This document shows, in pieces, positions 23,100 to 30,048 of a stretch of 32,000 nt of DNA (positions within the stretch are counted from its first letter, which is position 1; every line of letters begins with the position of its first letter). The translations under genes were made by a program, and so were the position numbers. The notes below the pieces were generated by a model that ran no database searches, was not told the DNA's origin, and was given only the letters and a program-made list of their open reading frames with translations. Origin of the DNA: Propionibacterium ruminifibrarum (GTDB taxonomy: Bacteria; Actinomycetota; Actinomycetes; Propionibacteriales; Propionibacteriaceae); contig NZ_OMOH01000004.1 of assembly GCF_900289195.1 (NCBI RefSeq), positions 324,456 through 356,455 of the forward strand, written 5' to 3'.

Positions 23100-23969
23100 C
23101 ATCGTCTGAAGGCGGATGACGCTGCGCGGGATGAACTCGGCGACCGTCAGACCGACGACGTCGGCCGCGCCGGCCAGGTCACCGATGACCCGGCGCACCT
23201 GGGCGCCGGTCAGCCCGCCGGGCACCTGCCCGAGACCGAGGACGACCTCGTCGGAGTCGACGACGTCCACGTCGAGGTGGATGGCGACCCTGTGCGCGCC
23301 GGTCGACGCGAGCCAGTCAAGCAGCGGCCGCGTGCTGTCGCGCAGGTCGTCGGGGCCGAAGGATGACAGGCCCCACTCGCCGACGTGCGCGTAGGCGTCC
23401 TCGACCCAGTCGTGCAGTCCGGCGAGCGCGACGCGCGAGGCGTCGACCGTGGCGGGCAGCATGCCGACGAGTTCGGGGTCGCCGCGCCCGAGGAGCGCGC
23501 TGACGGCCATGGCGTGCCAGCCGTCGTAACCGGTGTCGGGGGTGTCGACGTCGGGATGCGCGTCGAGCCAGACGATGGCCAGGTCGTCGCCGTACCTGGC
23601 GGCGAGGCTGGTGAACGGGGCGACGGAGACGGAACACTCGCCGCCGAGGGTGCAGATGCGTTCGGCGCCGGGGCAGGACTCGATGGCCTCGAGGGCGGCC
23701 CGGAGGCCGGCGCGGATCGCCGAGCGTGACTCGATCCCGCCGGTGGAGCCCTCGTCCGGGTCGCCGCCGTCGATGGGGACGATGCGGGTCGGCCCGGCGT
23801 GCTCGGGCAGGATCGCCTGCAGCACCTTCGTGCCGACCGTATAGGCCCGTCGGGCCCGGTCGATCTCGATGCCGGGCAGCAGTTCGGCGACGTTCGCCGC
23901 GTCGGCGCCCTGCCACTGCGGCCAGACGAGACGGAGAGTGGTCGTGCTGTTCGGGCCGGTGATGCTCAT
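23076..23969 (-). CDS. Arginase/ureohydrolase-fold protein with a divergent first metal motif
   Basis: ORF 23076..24107 trimmed to the ATG at 23969, with AAGGAG upstream (MSITGPNSTT...). The family motifs WLDAHPDVDTP and IHLDVDVVDSD are present. TLGGECSV stands where GGDHS is expected. Confidence 0.8.
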   Translation of the reverse strand: MSITGPNSTTTLRLVWPQWQGADAANVAELLPGIEIDRARRAYTVGTKVLQAILPEHAGPTRIVPIDGGDPDEGSTGGIESRSAIRAGLRAALEAIESCPGAERICTLGGECSVSVAPFTSLAARYGDDLAIVWLDAHPDVDTPDTGYDGWHAMAVSALLGRGDPELVGMLPATVDASRVALAGLHDWVEDAYAHVGEWGLSSFGPDDLRDSTRPLLDWLASTGAHRVAIHLDVDVVDSDEVVLGLGQVPGGLTGAQVRRVIGDLAGAADVVGLTVAEFIPRSVIRLQTMLAGLPLL

Positions 23970-24039
23970 TCTCTGCTCCTTGTCCTCGTCATACCGGTCA
24001 TGCCTGCCGTTCCGGCTGCCCGGCCCCTTGCGGCCGAGT

Positions 24040-24636
24040 TCAGTAAACGCTCCTGACCGCCTGCCACAACAGCTCGTGGCCCTCGGGGCCGGGGTGGATG
24101 CCGTCAACGAGCAGGTCGGCGCGCCCTTCGAGCGCCGGCCACGGGTCGATGAAACCGTGGCCGTTGTCCGGCGCCCACTGCGACAGCGCCCGGCGCAGCA
24201 GGCCGGCCGCCTCCAGCGTGACGTCCAGGCCCATCCCGGTCTTGTTGGCCTTCTCGTCGAACCAACCCGGGCCCATGACGACGACCCCTACTCCACGGCG
24301 TGCGAGGGCGTCGGCGGTCAGGTCCATGAGGGTCAGCACGTCGAGCGGGCTCGCCCTGACCCCGTCCACGCCGGCCAGGTCATTGATCCCGGCGGCGAGG
24401 ATGATCGCGTCGGGCTGCCGCGACAGGGCCTCGTCGACGGTGGCCCGGCTCAGGACGCGCAGCGTCGCACCGGGCCACGACAGGTTGAAGACGCGGTTGG
24501 CCTGTTCGTCGAGGGCGATGTGATGCTGGGCCAGCCGGTGGGCCCAGCCGCCGGAGGCGTCCGCCCGCCCGTAGGCGATCGAGTCGCCGACGATCGCGAT
24601 GCGCCTGAACCCGCTCAGGACCCCAGTGGCGGCCAT
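24040..24636 (-). CDS. SGNH/GDSL-family hydrolase
   Basis: ORF 24040..24687 trimmed to the ATG at 24636. Block I is IAIVGDSIAYG, block III is AAGINDL and block V is DGIHPGPEGH. Confidence 0.82.
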   Translation of the reverse strand: MAATGVLSGFRRIAIVGDSIAYGRADASGGWAHRLAQHHIALDEQANRVFNLSWPGATLRVLSRATVDEALSRQPDAIILAAGINDLAGVDGVRASPLDVLTLMDLTADALARRGVGVVVMGPGWFDEKANKTGMGLDVTLEAAGLLRRALSQWAPDNGHGFIDPWPALEGRADLLVDGIHPGPEGHELLWQAVRSVY

Positions 24637-24795
24637 CTCACCCTGCCTTCCGCGGACGTCTCCCGGCTCGTCAGTGCACCCGGGCACACCAGTGAGACTA
24701 GCCCCTCGGCACGGCCGCGTGGACTGGCGGTCCAGCCGCGAAGGACCTCAACCAGTGCCGGCATGGGCCCGAGGATCGTCAGCGTCGGACGACGG

Positions 24796-25509
24796 TCAGC
24801 AGGGGCTCAGGGCCCCGTCGCTCATGCGCAGCACCCGGTCGCACACCGGCAGCAGCCGCTCGTCGTGGGTCACCATGACCGCGGCCCTGCCTCGTTCGTG
24901 GGTCTGTTCGGCGAGCAGCCGGGCCACGACCTTCGCGCGTCCCGAGTCGAGCGCGGCCGTCGGCTCGTCCGCCAGGACGACCTGCGGGTCGTGGTACAGC
25001 GCCGTCGCGATCGCCACCCTCTGCCGTTCGCCGCCGGACAGTTCCTCCGGGTACTTGTCCCGGTGGTCGGCGATGCCCAGGGCCTCCAACAGCCCGGCCC
25101 GCCGCGCCTCATCCGCGGCGGTGCGTTCCACCTTGTCGTGCAGGGCGAGCTGATCGGTGACCCTCAGATAGGGCACCAAGCCGGCGTCCTGCAGGACGAA
25201 ACCCATCTCGCGGTGGCGTCGCCGTGCCCGCTCCTTCTCGGGCAGCCCGGTGATCTCCCGGCCCGCCAGGAGGACCCGGCCCGCGCTCGGGGTGCGCAGC
25301 CCGCCCATGACGGTCAGCAGCGTCGACTTGCCCGAGCCGGACGGCCCGAGGACACCGACGAGTTCGCCTGCCCGGACGGTCAGGTCGGTCGCGTGCAGGG
25401 CGTCGATCGTCTCGTCGCCCTGGCGGTACTGCTTGCTCACCCCGGACAGTTCGAGCACGGGTGCGCCGTCCTGGGCCGCGCGCCGCGCCCTGTCCGCCCC
25501 GGCGCTCAT
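24796..25509 (-). CDS. ABC transporter ATP-binding protein (MacB/FtsE/LolD-like)
   Basis: ORF-track entry of 237 aa. Walker A is GPSGSGKSTLL, the signature is LSGGERQRVAIA and Walker B is VVLADEPT. The start overlaps the permease stop by 4 nt (ATGA). Confidence 0.9.
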   Translation of the reverse strand: MSAGADRARRAAQDGAPVLELSGVSKQYRQGDETIDALHATDLTVRAGELVGVLGPSGSGKSTLLTVMGGLRTPSAGRVLLAGREITGLPEKERARRRHREMGFVLQDAGLVPYLRVTDQLALHDKVERTAADEARRAGLLEALGIADHRDKYPEELSGGERQRVAIATALYHDPQVVLADEPTAALDSGRAKVVARLLAEQTHERGRAAVMVTHDERLLPVCDRVLRMSDGALSPC

Positions 25510-26618
25510 GCGATCGCCTCCGCGGGGTCGATGCGTGACACGAAACGAACCGAGATGAGCCCACCGATCACCGAGCAGAGCACGAAGGCGGCCAGGATCG
25601 CCGCGTACTGGCCGGGCATGACGCGGAAGGGGATCTGCTCGGGCAGGACGAGCGAGGTCGCCGCGGTGAGCGCGAAACCGGCCAGCACCCCCGTCGCCGA
25701 CAGCACGGCGGCCTGGACGACACCCGATCTCACGAGGTAGTTCGTCGGCACGCCGCGGGCCTTCATGATGCCGAAGACGGGTTTCTTCTGCAGGTTCAGC
25801 ACGTACAGGAAGATCGCCAGCACCAGGGCCGCGATGACGATGAGTGCGGCCACCATGAGCGAGAAGGTGGCGACCTGAGCGCTGTAGCCGCTCAACGTGT
25901 TGATGAACTCCTGGGTGCTCAGCGCCTGCAGCCCTGCGTCGTCAAGGCTCTGCCGGGTCCGTTCGGGGACGGTCTGCTCATCGGATGCCGCGTGGTGGAC
26001 GAGCAGCGCGTTGACCGCGGGGACGAGGGTGTTCGGCGTGTTGGCGAGGACCGCTTGGCGGTCGGCGAAGACCATCGGCGCCGTCGTATAGGTGTCATCG
26101 TGCGTGAACCCGACGACGGTCCACCGGTGCTCCGAGCCGACCAGCTGGAAGACGGTGCCCAGCCCCCAGCCGTCGCGTTTCAGCGAGTCGTCGACGACGA
26201 CCTCGTCGGCGGCATCGACGACGTCCCTGCCCTCGACCACCTGGGGGCGGGCGAAGCCACCGAGGTCGAGGCCGAAGACGTACAGGTCGGAGCGCGTCTC
26301 CCCGGACGCCGCGCCCGAGACGGGCCTGGCGGTGCCCGCCACGAGGGCCAGCTCGTCGACCCCCTGGGCGGCCAGCGCACCGGTCCCGGCCTCCACCTGG
26401 TCCCGGCTCAGGAACGAGGCGTTGATCTGCTCGTTCGAGTCCTCGGTGATGACGACGGCCGCGGCATCGCGCTGCTCGATCCCGGTGCGGTAACTGCTGG
26501 CCAGGCCGTTCGCCAGCCCGTCGAGGAAGAACGTGAGGTAGGCCACGAGGGCGACGACCGCGACGGCGAGGGCGAACTTGGATGGTTGATGGCGTATTTC
26601 ACGCAGTGCGAGGAACAC
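25506..26618 (-). CDS. FtsX/MacB-type ABC transporter permease
   Basis: ORF 25506..26846 trimmed to the GTG at 26618, which gives (M)FLALREIRHQPSKFALAVAVVALV, a typical FtsX-family N-terminus. It has a large extracytoplasmic loop between TM1 and TM2 and three C-terminal TM helices. The start is moderately uncertain. Confidence 0.8.
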   Translation of the reverse strand: MFLALREIRHQPSKFALAVAVVALVAYLTFFLDGLANGLASSYRTGIEQRDAAAVVITEDSNEQINASFLSRDQVEAGTGALAAQGVDELALVAGTARPVSGAASGETRSDLYVFGLDLGGFARPQVVEGRDVVDAADEVVVDDSLKRDGWGLGTVFQLVGSEHRWTVVGFTHDDTYTTAPMVFADRQAVLANTPNTLVPAVNALLVHHAASDEQTVPERTRQSLDDAGLQALSTQEFINTLSGYSAQVATFSLMVAALIVIAALVLAIFLYVLNLQKKPVFGIMKARGVPTNYLVRSGVVQAAVLSATGVLAGFALTAATSLVLPEQIPFRVMPGQYAAILAAFVLCSVIGGLISVRFVSRIDPAEAIA

Positions 26619-26767
26619 ATGACTCCGAACTCGATGGTGACCATTGACGTTCGGGGGTTGGCACCGAGGATAGCAACCGGAGCCGCGGCGCCGAAGCGAC
26701 GGTTCCGGGGCTCCCGCCCGTCTCGCGTAGCGGGCGCCGTGTGGAGCCCGCCCATAGGATTGAGCGC

Positions 26768-27559
26768 ATGACTGCCAAGGATCCCCTGTGGGAGCTGATC
26801 CGCTCAGAGGCGCGGCGTGACGCCGCCGAGGAACAGCTCCTCGCAAGCTTCCTGCACGCCTCGATCCTGGACCACGACCGCCTCGAGGACTCGATCAGTT
26901 TCATCCTCGCGTCCAAGCTGGGCAGCGAGACGCTGTCGAGCATGAGCCTGCGCCGGCTGATCGACGACGCCCTCGTCGCCGAACCCGGCATCGGCGTGGC
27001 GATCCGTGAGGACCTGCGCGCCGTGCTGCGCCGCGACCCGGCCTGCCGCAGCTATTCGACGCCACTGCTGTTCTTCAAGGGCTTCCACGCCCTGCAGTCC
27101 TACCGGGTCGCCCACCACTACTGGGTGGCCGGCCGCACCGTGCTGGCCCTGTACCTGCAGAGCCGTATCTCGGAGGTCTTCGCCGTCGACATCCACCCCG
27201 GTGCGCGCATCGGCAAGGGCATCATGTTCGACCACGCGACGAGCGTCGTCATCGGCGAGACGGCGGTGGTCGAGGACGACTTCTCGATGCTGCACGAGGT
27301 GACGCTCGGCGGCACCGGCAAGATCGGCGGCGACCGCCACCCGAAGATCGGGCGCGGCGTGACCATCGGCGCCGGCGCGAAGGTGCTGGGGAACATCCGG
27401 GTCGGCGACGGCGCCCAGGTGGGTGCCGGTTCGGTGGTGCTCAAGGACGTGCCGGCCCACGCGACGGTCGTCGGGGTGCCGGCCAGGGTCACGAACGCCC
27501 CCGTCGAGGCCGCCCCGTCCGACAGCGGCAGGCCCGGCGAGGGCGCGGCTGCGGACTAG
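26768..27559 (+). CDS. cysE: Serine O-acetyltransferase
   Basis: ORF 26741..27559 trimmed to the ATG at 26768 (MTAKDPLWELIRSEA...). It has a SATase N-terminal helical domain and left-handed beta-helix hexapeptide repeats (IHPGARIGKGIMFDHATSVVIGETAVV...IGRGVTIGAGAKVLGNIRVGDGAQVGAGSVV). Confidence 0.88.
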   Translation: MTAKDPLWELIRSEARRDAAEEQLLASFLHASILDHDRLEDSISFILASKLGSETLSSMSLRRLIDDALVAEPGIGVAIREDLRAVLRRDPACRSYSTPLLFFKGFHALQSYRVAHHYWVAGRTVLALYLQSRISEVFAVDIHPGARIGKGIMFDHATSVVIGETAVVEDDFSMLHEVTLGGTGKIGGDRHPKIGRGVTIGAGAKVLGNIRVGDGAQVGAGSVVLKDVPAHATVVGVPARVTNAPVEAAPSDSGRPGEGAAAD

Positions 27560-27601
27560 CCCCGGACAGCGGACCGCCGTCGCTGCGGCGGCATGCCCCC
27601 G

Positions 27602-27745
27602 TCAGGGCTGGTCGCGGCGCCCCCTGTTCGAGCCGCGCACGGCCGCGGACAGGACGCTGGCGATGGCCAGGATGAGCAGTGCGGGCAGCCCCTCGCCACG
27701 GAAGGCACCACCGCCGCGCTGTCTCCTGGTTTGGTTCCTTGCCAT
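27602..27745 (-). CDS. Possible 47-aa small membrane protein (below the ORF-track size cutoff)
   Basis: My translation is MARNQTRRQRGGGAFRGEGLPALLILAIASVLSAAVRGSNRGRRDQP. It has a basic N-terminus and C-terminus around one hydrophobic helix. About 80% of third positions are G/C. AAGGGG lies 5 nt upstream of the ATG. It fills an otherwise empty 400-nt gap. Confidence 0.3.
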   Translation of the reverse strand: MARNQTRRQRGGGAFRGEGLPALLILAIASVLSAAVRGSNRGRRDQP

Positions 27746-27963
27746 CGTCACCCCTTGTCACACTGAACGCCGTTGGTCACGGCGCAACCCGCGGGCGCAC
27801 CAAGTGCGCTCGCCGCGCCACGTAAGGCTAACGCAGTCCGGCGCTGGGGAGCCAGGTGTCCATTCCGGCGGGCCACGGCCGGACCACGCGTCTTCTTGGC
27901 GGGTGGACGTCTCAGCTCGTGGGCCGCAGCGGGCGGGCCCCTGGCCTCGGTACGCTGAACGCC

Positions 27964-29193
27964 ATGCGAATGATCCGCCCCGAGGACCTCGGCACCGTGA
28001 CCGCAGGCCTTCCCGACGAACCACGACTTGTCGCCCCCGGCAGCTTCTCCACCCCCCTCGAGCTGCTGAACCTCTTCGACGCCCGGCTCGAACGCTGGGC
28101 GCTGTTCTGCGTCAACGCCCCCGCGGGCATCCCCTCGCGCGAGGGCCTCACCCACGAGACCATCTTCCTCGGCCCGGCCATGCGCGCCTCGGGCCGCACC
28201 CGCTACTTCCCGATGCGGCTGTCCCTGTCGACGCGGCTGTTCCGCACATCCTGCCCGCCCGACGTGGTCGTCCTGCACACCACGCCGCCGCGCGACGGCA
28301 AGGTCTCCATGGGCATCGAGGTGCAGGTGATGTCCGGCGCCATCGAGGCCGTCCGGGCCCGTGGCGGGCTCGTCGTCGCCCAGGTGAACCCGCAGATGCC
28401 GTTCATTCACGGCGACGGCGTCCTCGACGTCGACGACATCGACTACGGCGTCGAGATCGACCACCCGATGATCACGATCCCCGAGCCCGTCCCCGACGAC
28501 GCCTCACTGCGGCTGGGCGAACTCATCGCGGACCGGGTCGAGAACGGTTCGAGCATCCAGGCGGGCATCGGCGCCGTGCCCGACGCGGTGCTCGGCTGCC
28601 TGCACCAGCGCCGCGGCCTGCGGTTCTGGAGCGAACTGGTCAGCGATGGCGCCATGCTGCTCGACCGGGCGGGCGCCCTCGACCCCGACGTCCCGCTCAC
28701 CGGCACCTTCATGCTGGGCACCCAGGAGTTCTACGACTGGGCCGACGACAACCCGAGGGTGCAGCTGCGGCGCTGCGAGGTGACGAACGACCCGGCCGTC
28801 ATCGCCTCCTTCCCGAAGGTCGTCAGCGTCAACACGGCCATGCAGGTCGACCTGTTCGCGCAGACGAACGCGACCCGCCGCGGCGACCGCATCTACTCGG
28901 GCACCGGCGGCTCGACCGACTTCCTCGTCGGCGCCATGCACTCCGAGGGCGGCGAGGCGATCATCGCCCTGCACAGCTGGCACCCGAAGGCGGACGTGTC
29001 GACGGTCGTACCGAAGATCGCCTCACCGGTCACCTCGCTGCAGATGAGCGCGATCGCCACCGAGAACGGCATCGCGCAGGTCTTCGGCAACGACGAGCAC
29101 GAGCAGGCCCGGCAGATCATCGAGCAGGCCGCACACCCGAACGCCCGGGACGAGCTGCGCGAGGCCGGTCGGGCGATGGGTCTGAAGGTCTGA
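27964..29193 (+). CDS. Acetyl-CoA hydrolase/transferase family protein (4-hydroxybutyrate CoA-transferase-like)
   Basis: ORF 27856..29193 trimmed to the ATG at 27964 (MRMIRPEDL...). The family GxGGxxDF motif is present as SGTGGSTDFLVGA. The length and the N- and C-terminal lobes fit the family. Confidence 0.8.
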   Translation: MRMIRPEDLGTVTAGLPDEPRLVAPGSFSTPLELLNLFDARLERWALFCVNAPAGIPSREGLTHETIFLGPAMRASGRTRYFPMRLSLSTRLFRTSCPPDVVVLHTTPPRDGKVSMGIEVQVMSGAIEAVRARGGLVVAQVNPQMPFIHGDGVLDVDDIDYGVEIDHPMITIPEPVPDDASLRLGELIADRVENGSSIQAGIGAVPDAVLGCLHQRRGLRFWSELVSDGAMLLDRAGALDPDVPLTGTFMLGTQEFYDWADDNPRVQLRRCEVTNDPAVIASFPKVVSVNTAMQVDLFAQTNATRRGDRIYSGTGGSTDFLVGAMHSEGGEAIIALHSWHPKADVSTVVPKIASPVTSLQMSAIATENGIAQVFGNDEHEQARQIIEQAAHPNARDELREAGRAMGLKV

Positions 29194-29255
29194 GCGGGCA
29201 GGCCCAGACCATCTTCACCTTCGTAACGGAGCGGCGTGGCCTATAGGCTCTGTCC

Positions 29256-29453
29256 ATGGATGAGGCCGCGTGGCGTGAGGCCTGGTTGCGCGCGCACCGG
29301 GTGATCAGTGGCGACCATGCGGACCTCGGGATGCAGTTGCTCGTTAGACGTCCTGGCCCAGCATCAGGAACGCACCATGGTGAGGACTTCTCCCACGCCA
29401 CAGCAGTCGCCGCGGGCATCACGGACCACACCACCGAGAGTCGCAACAGATGA
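29256..29453 (+). CDS. Possible leaderless 65-aa ORF, unknown function
   Basis: ORF-track entry MDEAAWREAWLRAHRVISGDHADLG.... TAGGCT (29244-29249) lies 6 nt upstream of the ATG, the same hexamer and spacing as at the FKBP gene. Third-position G/C is only about 72% and drops in the middle, so this is weak. Confidence 0.25.
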   Translation: MDEAAWREAWLRAHRVISGDHADLGMQLLVRRPGPASGTHHGEDFSHATAVAAGITDHTTESRNR

Positions 29454-29485
29454 TCCGACGGCAAACAGACGGGAAGGGGCGGGCC

Positions 29486-29764
29486 ATGAGTGCTGAACGG
29501 AGCGTTCACGTGGTGGCCAGTGGCCTCGTCCAGGGCGTCGGTTTCCGCTGGCACACCCTGCAGCAGGCCGAGGCGCTCGGCCTGACCGGGTGGGTGCGGA
29601 ACCTGCCGAACGGCGACGTCGAAATGTTCGTCCAGGGCGGCGAACTCGTGGTCGAGACCTTCCTGGCCTGGCTGCGGGAGGGGCCCGGTTACGCGCAGGT
29701 CCGCAGGCTCCGGGTGCGCGAGGCGCCGCGGCAGGGGGGCCTGACCGGGTTCACGGTCCGCTGA
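29486..29764 (+). CDS. acyP: Acylphosphatase
   Basis: ORF 29450..29764 trimmed to the ATG at 29486, with GGGAAGGGG upstream. It carries VHVVASGLVQGVGFRWHTLQQAEALGLTGWVRNLPNGDVEMFVQG, the acylphosphatase signature. The product is 92 aa. Confidence 0.88.
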   Translation: MSAERSVHVVASGLVQGVGFRWHTLQQAEALGLTGWVRNLPNGDVEMFVQGGELVVETFLAWLREGPGYAQVRRLRVREAPRQGGLTGFTVR

Positions 29765-29842
29765 TCCGGCAACGCACTGAGCCCCAGTCCCCCACCCAAC
29801 CGGCCAGGGCCCTCTCCGGTGCGAGGATGTTGGATGCTCTCC

Positions 29843-30023
29843 CCCGCCCGGGCGGGCCGGCACTCACCGCGTACTTGTTCTCGGTACTCAAAGCTTGCTT
29901 CCCCCTACCCGGGCGGGCTGGGCGCAGACGTGCCCCTCACCACAATGCGGGTCTGGTCCCGGCCCAGGGTTTCGGTGGGCCGGGTACGAGAGCGACGCAT
30001 CGCAGGGCACCCCGCCGGGCGGG
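29843..30023. repeat. Three copies of a GC-rich palindromic element (CCCGCCCGGGCGGG type) in a convergent intergenic region
   Basis: CCCGCCCGGGCGGG lies at 29843-29856 and is a perfect palindrome. cCCCGGGCGGG lies at 29908-29917, in a similar cccc..CCCGGGCGGGCTGG context. CCCGCCGGGCGGG lies at 30011-30023. Confidence 0.6.
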
Positions 30024-30048
30024 CCAGGACATGCCGGGCCTTCCCGCC

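Noticed and set aside
29308-29496. ORF 29308..29496 (62 aa), and a frameshift-fusion with ORF 29256..29453 as a pseudogene.
   Set aside because: The two frames have locally good codon bias in different parts, which could indicate a frameshifted relic. I recognise no homolog for either part, and the second ORF runs into the acyP RBS and start. I kept only the leaderless 65-aa ORF, at low confidence.
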